DNA of 64,000 nt from Vitrella brassicaformis CCMP3155 (taxonomy: Eukaryota > Protista > Chromerida): positions 62,001-126,000 of the forward strand of contig CDMY01001057.1 of NCBI GenBank assembly GCA_001179505.1, given 5' to 3'. Position 1 is the stretch's first letter. Every line of letters begins with the position of its first letter. The position numbers and the translations under genes were made by a program. The notes under the pieces are model-generated. The model saw nothing but the letters and a program-made list of their open reading frames with translations. It was not told the origin of the DNA and did no database searches. This document shows, one piece after another, positions 49,301 to 63,794 of this stretch.

Positions 49301-50414
49301 CGCCCCCACCAAGACCAAGACCAACACCAGGACCCGCACGACCATCCCTATCACCGTCCCGCTCCTCTCCCCTGCCCTCTCCCTCCTTGCCGCCGTCCGA
49401 TGATACTTGCTCCTCATTCGACTCACTAGACAGCACCACAGGCACCAGGGGAGGGCTCAACAGCTGAGCACCACCACCACCGCCACCCACGCCCTCTTTC
49501 TTGGCCGCAGTTTCCTGTGCTGCTGCGACCGGGGCCGCATATGGTGGCAGATTGGGGCTGAGCTGCGTCGTCACGACTCGCAGTGTGGAGCCGGGCGGCC
49601 TCTGCGGCGGCGCCTGTTTGGTGAGCGCCTCGAGCCTGGCCTTCATCTCCATCATGCGATGATACTCTTCGCTCGGCTGGGCCCTCAGATTGACACCGGC
49701 AGCCCCATACGGTCCACAAAAGGCGGCAGCGCCGACCGTCACCAGCCGTGCCGGGTGACCATGGTGGCCGTGGGCACCCTCAAAATGGTGAGGACGAATG
49801 GGGTGGGGCAGCGGTGAGGGGAATGACGGGCTGCTGCCGCCAGGTTGGGCGCCGAATGGCATGTGTGGGGGATGCATGGGGGGTCGGCCTGGCGCCGGGC
49901 TGAACGACGCCGGGGGAGCGCTCTGCCCCAACCCCGGGCCAGTGTGGACCTGTGCGGGTGCTGCGCCGGCTGGCGGCCCTGGCATGGGCAGTGGGTGCGT
50001 GCCGGTCCTGGGGAAAGATCCCCTGAACGGCGATTGGTCTCGGGAGAGGCTGTGTGTGTGTGGCGGTGGGATGCGCGTGTACGGGAAGGCGCCTGCCGGG
50101 AGGGATGGGTTGCGATGGAGAGCAGGAAGGGCGAAGGGGGGCTGGGATGGCCTCAAATTGGGCGATAACTTGACCAGCGGAGGCCTGCGGGAACACAACC
50201 ACAGCAGCTTACCCATGCGGGAGCGTTTTCGTGGAGGAAGTGATGCATCACCTTGGTTGTGTGGGCGCATTCGGCACTCGTGCGGCCGGTGGCTGCAGAG
50301 GCTGCACAACAACAGCGTACATTTGGCCATGGTGTGGTACTTTGTGTGGTGCTTTCTCCTTACCCGCGATGCCGACGGGCTGGGTGGAGGGACGAACGAC
50401 TGATGGCGCTGCAT
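46381..50414 (-). CDS. PP2C/PPM protein phosphatase with long Pro-rich and coiled-coil N-terminal region
   Basis: PNQDDF, GAFDGHG, HSG, LWTAHVGDS, LVLGTDGLW and RTVDDVTAIAVAL*; all metal-binding Asp motifs are present. The start at 50414 is tentative. Confidence 0.85.
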
Positions 50415-50803
50415 CCTTCGAATTGGATAAGGACGGCCAGACCGGTAGGGATGGCAGATGGCAGCTAAGAATAATGAGGCCCTCTTGGTCGACTACTTTC
50501 CAGCTCGCAACAGGGTGGATTTACGTTGAACAGGGCAAGGCGGGGGTGAGGGTGAGATTCCTGTGTGTGCAAGGCAGCCGAGCGCACAGAAATGGGCAGG
50601 AACGTCTTTTGCAATGCAAAAATGAAGACATGCACACATGCACGTATTACAGTGAGTGCACGGGCAGACAAACAGCGACAGACACCGGTCTGGCACACTC
50701 TGGAGAGACAGACACCCAGACATCTAGCTACCAGCACGATGCATGCCACATATGACCATCGACCTATGTATGTACATACGACATCCGTCACCTATCTATG
50801 TAC

Positions 50804-53800
50804 CTATCGCAACCCCCACATGGCCAGCAGAGGCCTCTCAAACAGCTCTGTCCCCCCTCTCTGCTGCTCCAAAGCCTCCAGTGCCATACCTCGGACAGTC
50901 GACCGGCGACTCGACCGACGACGGCCACCCACGGCTGCCGCATCGGCCGGCAGAGGCGTAGGATGACCGTCTTGCACCGTCTGGATGCGCACCCGGGAGG
51001 GCCGCTTGACAAGAGCAGGCAATGAGTCTCCCCCTTTTCCCTCCGCCATTCCGGCAAGATGCTCCGGCTGGTATAGCTTCTTGAACGCAGCTGTCAAAGC
51101 CGCCCCTTCTCCCGGCTGCATCGCACCTCGCATCCACCTTCGTCCCGTACTGCTCACGCGCTCACCTCCTGGCCGAGCCGCACCCTCTGAGGTATCTGAT
51201 GTCGGGCGAGACATTGCCGATGTGTCCGATGAGAAGTAGCAGTTCCACGGGGATGGCCGGACGGCGCCTTGCGGCCATCGCCGCAGTGTCTGGAAGATGC
51301 CCTTCCGAGGCACGCCCCCCGGAGCCAATTCGTCTTCCTGCTCACTCTCCGGCGGCCCTTCTGATGGGATCGTTGTCGCGGCTTCCTGGTCGTCCGATGG
51401 TGGAAAGGGGTGTTGGGAAAAGCGCTCGCGTCGCAGCTTGAGGAAGGTGTGGTCCATCTCCTTCATCTGCAGGAGCGGCGGGAGGGCGCCTGTCCTCTGG
51501 GCCATCGATGTCGCCTCCAGCTCTTCTTCCACACCCAGCTGGGATAGATGCACAGACACTATTGTAATTGCCCTGATCCTTTAAAGTACTGGCTGTCGAG
51601 TGGGCTGACTTGGCTGATGACGAGTGAGTTGCCCCTGGCGAGACCCAGCAGCTGTGCTCGCTTGGTCCGGCGCACGCGCCGCTCCTCATCCCGAGCCTGC
51701 CTCTCTCTTTCACGCTCCTCCCGGACCTCAGCACTGTCTGCGAGCGCCTGCAGCTGTCGACGGATGGCCATCTCACGACGCCTGCATGGTCCAAAGGTGA
51801 GGGCATGGAGAAGAAATTCACAGATGGAGACATGCTAGTGCTGTCTGTGTGCTTACAGCTGTTCGACGCGATCGTCCCTGAGCTTGGCCCTACGCTGCAG
51901 CCTCGCCTCCATGACTGTTTGGACCTACACACATATTTGTCATTGACAGTGTATGTGGGGCCGGTTGCCAGACTGCATGTGGGCGGGCTGACCTTCTCTT
52001 CAATGCGCATTTGCCGTCGCTCTCTTTTCTCGCTTTGTCGCTCCAGGCGCATGGCTCGTCTCCTGGCGTCGCGCCTCTTTTTCTCTTCGATACTCCTCTT
52101 CTCACGCTCCCTGGCCCTCTCCTCCGCCACACGGGCTCTTTCCTCATCTGTCATCTTCGTCGTGGGCCGTGCCATCTCGGCAGCTACTCTCGTCTCTTGC
52201 ACCGCCTCCTCTGCTGTCACATCCAGATCGATGGCAGCTTCTTCAGGTCGTGTCGGTGCAGCAGCAGCAGCAGCAGCAGCGATGGGTCGGAGGGGAATTG
52301 TCTCCACGCGTGCCTCCGCCTCGACGGGCCCTTCTGGCAGCTGCCCTGGCACTCTGAAGTCCGCCGCTGGTCTTGGTGCCTCAAATCTTCCTTCGCTGAC
52401 AGCTTGTTGCTCAGGCCGTCGGGCAGCTTGTGGTAGAGTCGGGATGGCAGGAGTCACAGAAGGGACAACAGGGTGCTCTACTTGGGTGATGTCTCGCTTC
52501 TCCTCAACAGGCATAGGGACAGGTGGCGTCTCTCCAGTCGGCACTTCACCTCTGTCCCGATCTTCTAGAGCCACAGGTGTCTCCACCCCCGTTTGTCGGA
52601 CCTCTGCAGCCCGTGTCTCACCAGCACCAGCCATCGTGGCTTCCTTCTGGACTCGTTGACGCCTCCTCCATTCGTCAACATGGACACCAAGCGACTTTGC
52701 GAGCTCCTCCTCATCCAACAATTGCTCCATTTGCTCGTCCGATGTCACATGTCGTTTCGTCGGTGTCGTCACCGTCCGCCGTCTCACCAAAGAGGGAGTG
52801 ACGTGACGTTGCGTCGGCGCTGCCGTCTCAACAACATACTTTCCCGGCCGCTCAGTGAATGGCTCAGCTGCCTCTGGCTCAACGCCTGCTTCCATGGGCT
52901 CCTCGCGTGTCGGTGGGCGAAAGGCAGGCACGGCAGGAGGTCGCACGCAGAGACCTGCCGCCACCTTCAACGGAACCTTCTTCATCTCAGGAACGGTCGC
53001 TGGGCGGGCCGCTGCGACCCCTAGAGGCTTCGACCTGGATGCAGCGGCGGGCGTGATGGCCACAGCCCGCCATTCGTTGGACAGCTTGGGCCGCAGAAGG
53101 GGAGCCGCCTTCTTGGGAGGCTCTGCTGGTGGGAGGGGCAGCAGTGGCAGGTCGGCCGAGGAGGGGATGCTCTCAAGAGTGGGCTCCTTCAGCGGTGGCG
53201 GTGGCGAGGGGAGAGGCGTGACGGTCACCTCAGGCAGTTTGTAGGAGGGCTTCACAAGAACAGACGGCTGGGCTGTACACAAACACAGAGGGACACGTCT
53301 CTGTCTTCCGCGGACAATTCTGTGCAGGACATGCGGTATCTTTACTTCGAGCTCGTGACTCCTCCCTGGACACATCCGCTGCCCGTCGCAAGAAGGCCAA
53401 CAGACCTCTCGACGATGTCTCGGCCGCTTGGCGGCCTCTGAGACCAGACGCATACACACATGCGTACGTTAAGAGCACGGTCCCGTGCACAAAGGGAGAG
53501 GCCACTTACGCAAAGTTAAAATGAGTGATCTCATATCGCGGGTGGCGGTATGTGCTCCGAGACACCGGTCGCGACGACATAGAAGAGGGCGTGGTCAAAG
53601 TACGCCCATGCGGCGCCTCCCGGAACTCAGGTGCGCTCACACGGGGCGGCTCGAGGGTTTTCATCTCTTCAGCAGGAGTCGGAGGCCGCTCTGGGAAGGG
53701 TGGATGGGATGATGGGGCCTCATATTGAGAGTGCAGAGCGAATCCCTTGACAGCATACGCGTCCTCGAGCTGGCGAAACACACCCTGAACTGCAGTCGGC

Positions 53801-56800
53801 TCTGCCGCGGTCGCTCGGAATGCAGGTACTGGATGCGACGGAGTGGTGGTCCGCACGCCATACCTCGTCCTCACGGCACGGCGCACAGGCAGTCGATACG
53901 GAACTACGAGTCTCCCCTTCGCAGCCATCTCCGGTCTCTCAAGTGGCCTCAGCTCCCCTTCTCTAGCGCTTCTTGCCACGCCTGCGGAAGGCCTCTGTCT
54001 CCGTGGCGTTGAGACACCCAGCGCCCTCCGTCCTGAGTCCGAGTAGACCAGGCGCTCAGGCGGGGCTGAGTAGGGCCTTCTGGGAACCGGTGGTGGTACA
54101 CGGAGGGATCGGCTGGCAAGTGAATGAGAGGTCTTGGGCATTCCTTCCTCATCCGAGGCAGCTGCCACCGCTGGTTGCCTCACTCTCCACCTCGGTCCGA
54201 AATGTGGGCCGTATTTGGCTCCCGTTATGCCCATCTCAGATGTCTCGTCCTCTGTGCCGCTGGTGCTGCTGACCTCCCTGTCTCCCGCTAGTCGTCTCAG
54301 CTGGCTCGGTGTCTTCCGATGCCGCTCACGGACGACCGCTTTTGTTAGGGCTGGCGATGATGGCGATCGTGAGATCCCGCCGTCATCCTCTTGTGGGGCA
54401 ATACAGGGGAGAGGCCAGAGGCCTTCCTCTTCCTCTTTCCTCCTGAGGCACTGCAATACATTGGCTCGTGAGCCGACAGGGCCGAAGAGCACTGGTGGTC
54501 TGGTCGATGGGCGGCCGTCGAGGGAGAGACTGAGGGGGAGAGGCGGCCATGGAAGCATGAGTGAGGTTAGCTGGCTCATGCTGCTGTCCAGTGCGGGACG
54601 GCAGGAAAACGTAGAGCTGTCGATGGAGGGTAACATGCTTGAAATGGTGATTGGAGGCCGGCGGGGGCCCTTCTCGACAGCTGAATAATCGTCCACCGAC
54701 ACGGACGGTTCCATGCCCATGTCGGTGATGAAGGTCAGCCCAGTGGGAGGCGGCCGAGGCCATCCCACTTTCTCTTCGACTTCGCAAACTGGCCTTTTCT
54801 CCCCTTCGATCATAGCCAGAGCCGGTGTCTCCTGAGACTGACACACGGGAACAGTAGATGTTTCCTGCTCGGTATCTTGTTTGGTCGCAAGGGAGTCATC
54901 GGCATCTGCTCGCGGCCGCACCGTTATTTCGACCACCGGCTTCTGAACTTTCTTGTCTCGAGACTTCTCCCTTTTCTTGTCCGTTGAGCGTCTCCTTTTC
55001 TTCTGTCCAAGTGCGCCTGTGTCGGAGGTAGCTGAGGCTGCAGAGCTGCTGCTTGAGGAACGAGTGTATGTAGGCTGCCGGGTGGTGGTTACAGGCCTGC
55101 GGCGCGCTCCTTCCTTTGGCGACGCCCGTCGGGGGCTGCCCCTCATCGATGCTGGGATGGACATGGACGCCTCAGCGACGGCTCTCTTGTGTGGTTTGGC
55201 AGGTTTGGCAACATCATCTGCTGCTGGCAGACGAGCTTCTTCCTCGGCAGCCACGACCGCTCGCAGAAGGGCGGTAGGAGAGCTCTCCCGAATGCTTGTG
55301 TCTGTTGAGCGTCTTGCCTCCTCTCGCCCGACAGGTGACCGCGTTGATGACCGTCGTCGCGAGAGGGATCTCAAAAGGGCAGCTCCGCTCAGCCCAGTCG
55401 GCCCGATTGCATGGATAGCGCCTGCGGTAGCTGCCAGCTTCTCGAGCGCCTGACCGATGTCGATCGAACCTCTTCTGCTTCCTGTCGGTGACTGCGGAAG
55501 TTGCGGCAATGGCAAATCCACTGCTGCCGAAAGGGGCACTGGGGCGGGGACGGTGAGGGATCGACGGGAGGCGGAGGATGCCCTGCCGTGTGAGCTCGAC
55601 GCAGCGGCAGAGGAGACAGATGTGCCCGGCTGATCGGCTGCCGAGGGTATCTGTCTCGAGCCGATGTCCGATATGCGCTGGTAGCTTGACGACAGGTCTC
55701 GCTGAAGCTTGAAACGCCACTCCTCCACTGCCTGCTCGGCTTGGCTGCCTGACTCTTCTGACGCTGATGAACTCTCACGCTCGGACGCCGCAGAGACAGC
55801 TGACTCTTCAGGTGGCTGCGCCGGCACGGGCTTTGCCGGCGGGGAAGGGGAAGAAGGAGGCTGGTCAACTGTCTGTGCAGCTGTCTGCGCTGGAGGCTGT
55901 TCACGTGCTTCATCGGGTGGTGGTGCTGATGGTTCGGGAGACGGGGCGGGCGGGGCTGTAGGTTGCTCCTCTGTTGGTCCTGGTTCAGGTAGCGGTGCAT
56001 GTTCATGTTCATGTCCGATCTGTACTGATTGCTCATCCACTTCCACTGGTATTTCAACCTCGGCGTCAACATCCTCTGTCGCCTCTTGCGCGTCAGCTGC
56101 AGCCACTGCAACAGGGGTGGTGTCTTGTGTGAGATCTTGCCCTCCTTGTTCGGCAAAGAGCTCTTGTTCGCCAACGGGGCTGCCTGCCTCCTCGACGACT
56201 TGTACTGCATCTTCAGGTGCTGCTGCTGCGGCCCCCTCGTGTCCTTGATCAACAGCCTCGACGTCAGCAGGCACAGCGACATCAACCTCGTCTCCCGGGA
56301 CGCTCTCCATCTCCTGCTCGCCGGCTCCTTCATCTGGCTCAGCAGAACCCTCCAAAACCTCTGACTGACCGGCGTCCTCGACGCTCTCTCTCTCAGCCTC
56401 GTCAACCTGCCCAGCTGGAGCCTCCTCTGAGGGCTCCACGATTATCTTGTCCAGTGGCATGGTCTTCATCGTCTTGAGTGGGACGGGCTCCTTCACAGAA
56501 GGGGGAGGTACTGGCGGCTGCTCTGCTGCGCCTTCAGTCGCAAGGGGCTGGGGCTGTGCGTCCTCCCTCGGCATGGCTTGCGTTGTCGGTGGCGGCATGG
56601 GTGGGGTTGGCTGTGTCTCCGCCTCTGCTTTTTCTTCATCCGGTGGTGCAGCAGCGGACTCCGCCAAGACGGCAGGCGGCACCGGCTGCTCCTCGAGTGG
56701 TGTTGGCTTTACCACCTCATAGGACTTGCGTGACATGCTCCACGGCTCCGAATGGGGGCGTGACTCTTCCGTAGCTGCCTTCTTCTCACCCTCAGCCGGC

Positions 56801-59800
56801 ATCCCGACACGCAGCCTGATGGTCTCGACGACAGAGGGAGCCAGCATATCTTCGGCTTCTTCGGCTTGCTCTATCGTCTCTGGTTCAGCAGTTCCTTCGA
56901 TGACCTCCCCTTCAGCACGGATCGCCGCACCTGTGGCGTCTGCAACCTCTTCCCTTTCTTCTGCTGCTTCCACTTCGATCTGTTGCATCCCTTGCCCTGC
57001 GATTTGCTCCTCTTGCTCCATCACTTGATCGATCTGCTCACTCGGGGCCGGCACGGCCTCCTCAACAGCAGCTGGCGGCTGCGGTGCCTCAGGCTGTGGC
57101 GGCAGCACTGGCTGCTCTGGCGGCAACTGCTGTGTCTCCTCTTCTACTTCGGCGCCGCTCGACAGCTGCTCCTCGTCCTCATCTGTCCATGGCTCTTGAT
57201 CAGCCTCATCTGACTCGAGGCCGCTCAGTGTGTCGATGTCGATGGTCTGCACCTCACTCACGACCTCCCTGGTCCTGTCCCTGGCCTCATTGATCTCCAT
57301 CAGATCATCTTGAAGCCTCTGCTTCTCCTGATCATGTCTCGCCGCCTCCTGTGCATCTTTGCGTGCGCGGGTGTCGTCGATGACCTGCTGCTGGTCGTCA
57401 GCCCGCTGGTCCTCCAGAAGGATGTCGATGATGCGGCGCCAATCGGCGGGCGACGGGCGGAGCTCCTCGACCACACCCCATCTGCAGTGTAGCCACTCAG
57501 GCTGACGTGTACAAGCGTTCGGATCGCAGGCTGCTAAAGCATTTTCTTACTTGCATTCGCCCCCCGTGAGCATGTCGAGTATGCGCTCTCTCCTCTGGCA
57601 CTCCTTGATCGTCCGCGGCCCTTCAAGTCCCCCCTCCAGCGCTAGACTGCTCCGTTCCAGATGTCGCTGCACGATCCGCCAACGATTGACCATCGCAATA
57701 TGCACCATCTGGGTGATGCCGAGTGCTTCATGCAAAGGCGCCTGCGTCTCCTCCTTTTTGGTCACGATGTCCGAGGGAGCACGGCTGGGGCGGAATGCCT
57801 TTGTGGGTGAGAGGCTGGTCTGCGTCTGATGCGGAGTGAAGAGGCCAAAACCAAAGGGACGTTCGAATTTCTGCGTCGAGGAGTGCAGAGAGGAGAGACG
57901 AAGTGTATGTCGGGAAGGCATGGTCCTTCTTTGCCCACCTCGTTCGGATCGACGAGCTGTTCGAATGTCTTGTTCATCCACATGAGGTGATTCTTCTTTA
58001 CGTCCAGCGAGTGCCTCTTCTGCATGTCGCGTCGTGAATGGTAACCCTTGACCATATGCGCCAGCCTCTCCTCCACCACTGAGTTGCGCGCCACATCTCG
58101 CCGCCCAAGCACATCGCCCTCCCCCTCCTCGTCCTCACGCCACACGCAGTCGGTGCCCTCGCCCATCTCGTGAGCTGTTCGCTCCGTCCGCTGCAGCAAC
58201 TTCCACAGCTCCATCATGCGCTGAAAACGGTAGAGCGTGGCCGTGCGGGAGAGCCGCAGGTGGCGGGTGGGCTTCAGCACTATGCGACTCTCAATCACGG
58301 ATGGTAGCATGCGGTCGATGGGGTGTGGGAGATCCTCCCTGTGCAGGTGGTCGACGTATATTTGCTGCCATATGTGAGGGTCTTCGATGCCAGCGCGCTC
58401 CAGCCGGGAGAGGATCAGCTCTTGACGATCGGCCAGGCAGCTCCTGACAAGCAACGAGAGAGAAAGACAGAGGGAGTATCGACGATACTCGGCGGTTGGC
58501 TCTCTGCTTGGCTCACTTGACTGCCTGAGGGTGCCAGTAAGTCATGGCTTCTTTGAGTCTCTGGCTATGGGGCTCGCACACCAGCAGCCTCAGCTTGCGA
58601 TAGAACTCATCGCTTGTCCGCCGCAGTGTGAGCTTCTGCACCTCCTCTTGAAGCCGCTTCGGCGCCATTGGTCCCTCTGGTTCCTTCGATGCCTCACTGA
58701 ATGAAGCAACCACATCATGGATAATCGCACCGTGTGTGTATGCGTATGTCTCTTACGCTTCGATCGGTGCGATTTGGATCTGTTTGATCATGTCAGTGAG
58801 CCGTCGTGACCTCCTTCTGATCGCCGAGCGCTGGAAGGTCCCGGGTGATGGAGGCACACTTCGCGGCAAGCCTTCTCCTTCGCTGCGCGGTGTGAGGACG
58901 GCCACTGGCGTGGCACCCTGCCAATCACGAGACAAACAACTCAGCATGCACTTGATTCATTCTGAAATCAGGCCTCTTGTCTCACCTGATCAGGCGACGT
59001 GACAGGCCGCTCGTCTCGTTCGTCCCTGTTCTGTCTCACCCACGAGAAGGCCCTGACGGCCGCACGCACCTTGCGCCAGTACGCCCGCCGCTCTGGGCGA
59101 GGGGTGGAAGGGGGCGTCCACCGCTGGGCGGCCGGCAGGCACAAAGCCCACTGGCCTCTGCCAACTCGGTCGCCACGAGTGTCCTGCAGATGCACACGCT
59201 CCAGGCGTCTGCATACACATCCCACACAGAAGAAAACAGATGCTTGGCCTGCCGGGAGGGCTTCTTCGTCAGACTCACTCACTCACTCACTCACTCGACA
59301 ATGTCCTGGCAAGTGAAGCCCATGGCGTCCTGTTGTTCGTCGGGGGAGCTGCCCATGGTGATCAGCAGCGCCACCATCCGCAGCACCTCATTCTGGGTGG
59401 GCCGCCTTTGCCACCGCCGAAATGGCTTGCCACCGGATGTCAGCCACTCAAGCACGCGGCCCTTGATGGCTGAAGTGCTGCCATGACTGCTCCCATCTGA
59501 AACACACACACGCACACACAAAGGACAATGACATGACCGAATCTTCGGTTTTCGTCGCCATGTGTGGACCTTCGGCCCGCCAAGGCGGGTTTGAGAAGGG
59601 CGGAGCGAGTCGCTCGGAGTGCACGCGAGGGTCTCGTGGGTATGCGGGCAGGGCGAGCTTCAATGCCACATGCAGAGGGGTGTCGTTGGAGGGGGATGTG
59701 CGGAGACACAGCTCGCGGTGGCCGCCCTGCCGGATGCGCTCGACCAACTGAAGAAGAAGAAGAGTACACATCAAGGTAGGGAGGCATTCACAATGATGTG

Positions 59801-62755
59801 GGAGTGAGTGAGTACCTTGATAAGGTCGTATGAGTGCATGAGATCAAACAAAGGCGGAAGCGCGAGAAGCCGAGGAGTGTCTATGTCTGACTGCACCAAC
59901 CTCGAGAACTCTCCTGTATCCCAGCGCTATGCAAACAGAAAAAGTGAAAACACACCTCCTCTGTAACTTTCCTGACCATCCGTACCTTCCATTTCAGCGC
60001 TTTTGTGTCGGTCTCTTCTCTGCCAGCGCCAGCCTGTTGGTGCTGCTTCAACGCTTCGGTGGGGTAGCTCTTGATGCCATACAGCCTCACTGTCTCCATC
60101 CACACCGGTGGGGCGGTCGTCCTGCTCAACAACAGCCCCCGCTGCTCTGAGGCGTTGAGCAGCGGCGGCAGGTTGGAGATCAGCAGGGCACTGTCGGCCT
60201 GCCTGGCCTCCTGTGACGCTGTGGATGAGCTCTCTTCGTCGCTGATGGCGCGCTGCCACGCATCGAAAGTCTTGCGGAGCGTCTGGCGGACACAGGGAGA
60301 AGTGTGTGCACGCTTCGCTAGGTGGGTCACTCACCTGTTTGAAGAGCCCTTCCTTGTGGCTCATGAAGAGGACTTTCCACCGCTGGCGGCGCTTGGTGAA
60401 CCCTGCCCAGCAGCGAAACGCACGAACCTCCAGCCAGGCGTAGTAATACATCCCACGCCACTCCTCCACTGTTTTCTCGCGATTGGTGCTGCTGCTGTTG
60501 TTGCCCTCGGCGTCGTCAGAGACACCATTAGCGTTGTCATCAAGGGGCCCATTAGACGTGGATGAGGATAGGTGCACTGGGGGTGAGGCGGCAAGCCACT
60601 TGAGGACGGCGGATAGGAGACATGAGCCCTTCTGGGACAGACGCACTTGCAGCTCCAGCTGCAGCGTGGCAAGAGAGTGGAGAGTCAATGAGTGTATGTA
60701 TTGGTCGCATATCGGTGTTTGTGTATCTCTTTACCTACTCTGAGGATTCTCTGGAGCTTCCACACCCGAAACAGTGCAGCCGTCTTGCGCTGTCTGGTCT
60801 GGCGTATGAATCCCTCCGAGGCCTGCCGCAGATGGCGCCGTCGGTGGTGGTAGTGCCGCCACACGCACATCACCTGACCCAGCGTCTGCAGGAGTGACCA
60901 CCATACATACGAACATATGTGTGGGCGCGGGGGTGCTCTTGATAGGGCTGGAAATTGCTGACCTTGTATGTGTAGACCTCTGTGATGGTGCCCTCCTTGA
61001 AGCCCTGGAATGCGTGGAGCATCAGAGTGACCTGACGGAACCGCGCCGCACGCTCCATATTCCGCTTCTTCCATTGCCAGTACCGACACACACTGAAGGA
61101 GACAGGCAGGCAGGTACAGCGAGACAGAGACGTGTGTGACATGAGAGGACACTTCCCTCACCTCCTCCACTTGCGAACGACCCTCTTCATGAAGGCCCGA
61201 TTGTGTGTCTCCATCGGCAGGTATAGCCTGGCGTACCCATCCCACCAGTCGAAGCCCTCATTGTACACCGGCACGTCAACCTCCCCCGCCCTCAGCGCCC
61301 GCTTATGACGCGTCACCCTCTTCCAGAACTCGAAGCTCCTCTCGGCCAGCTCGTGTTCTCTGTAGGATGCACCGTGTGTGCGGACGTAGAGGGCGTTATG
61401 GAGCGACTTGAGCGACTTGACCAGGCGTACTCGGTTGCACTTGAGCTGGTGCGTCTCGTCGTACCAAGCGCGCAGGCATCGGCGGCGGACCAGGTAGCTT
61501 TCGCGGTCAGCGCGCAAGCGGACCTGCTTCCGCACTTTGAACTCTTGCACCTACACGCAACGAAAGACAGAAGAAGATTCTGTGGCGAATGATTTCCTTT
61601 GTGTCTACCCTTTCATCGAAGTTCTCTTGGTCGCCGCTGTCTTGATCGCCGCTTTTCTCCTCATGTGGCTTCACGGCAAGTGTGTCTTCGTGTCCCTCCT
61701 CCTCAAGGTAGTCCGTCAGATCCTGCAGCCCCACATAGCCAATGCCATGGCGGGGACGGCGGGGCAGCCGACGACCACGCACATCTGCTCGAGACGAAAA
61801 GATGGACGCAATGACGGTATCATGTGTTGGTGGTGTCTTCCTACCCACCGGTGTCCATTATGGCCTGTGTGGTCAGCCCAAGCCTCTCCTCCTTGGCCCG
61901 ACTCACTGCCCATGTCCATCCCCGCCATGTCAGCCACACCAGCCGCCTCATGTGCCACTTGCCGGCCACGAAGTAGGCGCGCCAGTCGAGCCAACAGTCC
62001 ATCAGCGGCCGATACCGCCACCGCAAGGTGACCATCCACCGCCGCCAACACCGCCTGCCCCTCACAAAAGTCTGGATCCTCAGGGCCGCCCTCTCGCGCA
62101 TCTGATCGGCCGCCTCTACGGCCACAGCTGCCGACTCGCGGCGAGGAAACTCGTGCCTTTGCTTTGCCTGCTGAGATGTGGCGGGCCGAGAGCCGGGCTG
62201 CGAGGCTGTGGAGTGCGATTGGCCGCTCTGGGAAGACGGCGGCCGGGCGGGAGGTGCCTTGTCGACCTTCACAAGTGCCGTTGTTGTGGCTCTCTTCGGC
62301 CGCTTCCGTTCCTTGCCCTTGTTCCTGATGGCCTGCAGCATCTCCCGATAGTGTTCCCGATGCTTCCGCCGCTTGATGGCATCGAGTCGGTCTTCAGCCT
62401 CGTCCAAGTGTCTGTGGATGCCCTCCACCATAGTCGAGAGGTGCAGGTATTTCTCCGTGTGGGCTGCGTCAAACGGCGCGTACCACCAGTCGCTGGCCTC
62501 CCCGGTGTGCATGCTCGAGGCGTGGTGGTCAGGCGGACACGTGAGGGTGACGGCCGAGGGGGACTCGGATACAGTGGATATCATGAAGGGGCCTTCGTCG
62601 TGCCGCCGTGTTGACGCATAATCTTGTGGCCGCACCTTCTTCTGCTCCCCTTCATCCGCTTGTATGCCCTCCTTCGCCTCGGCAATGTGGATGCCATTGG
62701 CTTCGGGATGGAAGGGGGGCGCGGACACAGAGAGAAATGGATTGGCAGAAGCCAT
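50804..62755 (-). CDS. Very large protein (~3000 aa estimated) with IQ motif, Trp-containing Sfi1-like helical repeats, ankyrin-like repeats and a long disordered Glu/Pro/Ala/Ser-rich C-terminal half, including a ~4-kb single exon
   Basis: AALRIQTFVRGRRCWRRW (IQ); CLRAWYDE, SFEFWKR, AFRCWAGF, TFDAWQR; DTPLHVAL and LLITMG...DAMGFTCQD (ankyrin-like). In-phase junctions (GECK|WGVVEEL, and a GT donor at the end of ORF 53506) link the blocks into one gene. Confidence 0.6.
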
Positions 62756-63106
62756 CACCGTGACGGGATGCCGTCGTGATGGTGGTGAGTGCGGGAGAGC
62801 AGGGCTTGTGACGTGAGCTGAGACGGAGGCCCCCAGGGGTAAGGCGTGAAACCAAATTGGACAAAAGGAGTTCATCGCGTCAGAAGAAGGGAAGAAGAAG
62901 GCGCCTGGGACGTCAACAGATCATCACGGCCTGCACCACGTTGTGTGTGGGATCTTTATCTTTGGTTGTCTTTCGGTGTCCTTCGCACTACTTCCGGCGC
63001 CACGGCTGCTTCGGCTTCAGTGTGTGTATCCCCTCCTTCTGACCCCTCCCACCACCCCACGCCGGATGGACCCAGCGGCAGAACCGCCCCCACATCGACC
63101 GCACAA

Positions 63107-63763
63107 ATGGCCAGCAACCTGTCGCAGGACGGAGGATCATACAAGGGCCCTCTCATGCACCTCTTCCCGCCTCACAGCTGGAAGGAGGCCGCATCCACCG
63201 CCGCTGGGCCTGCCGAGGCGGGTGCGGGTGTCACTGAGCATGAGGAGGAGGGGCCTCTGCCGGTGGGCGTCGGCCACCCAAGGGAGTTCGCGAGTTATGT
63301 GAACTGCAAGGAGTGGCCAGCGGAGCAGTTTGACCTCGTCAAGACGCTGGCCAAAGCTATCCACGGCGATGTGCTGCTGATGATGCACAAGCCGTCCAAG
63401 GACCTTGTGGTGGTTAAGAAGATGAAGAACGAGAACGTCGAGAGGAGGGGGCCGCACCAGCTGGAAAACGCCGAAAACGAAATCGGGTGAGTGAAGTGAG
63501 CAACACGACAGACAGGGGACAACAAAGACGGTGCGGCTGAGCACGTGTTTGTGTGTGTGTATGTGTGTGTCAGTGTGTCGTGTTACTTGACGCGCTACAC
63601 GACGAGCGAGTTCATAGTGCGCATGATTGAGGTGTTCCGTGACGCCAGCTTCACGTACTTCGTCACCGAGCTTGCAGACAAGGGGGAGCTCTTCAACATT
63701 GTGGTCGAGAGCAAGATGCTCGACGAGGGCCGCACCAAGTACTACATGGCTCAGGTGAGTCAG

Positions 63764-63794
<31 letters not shown>

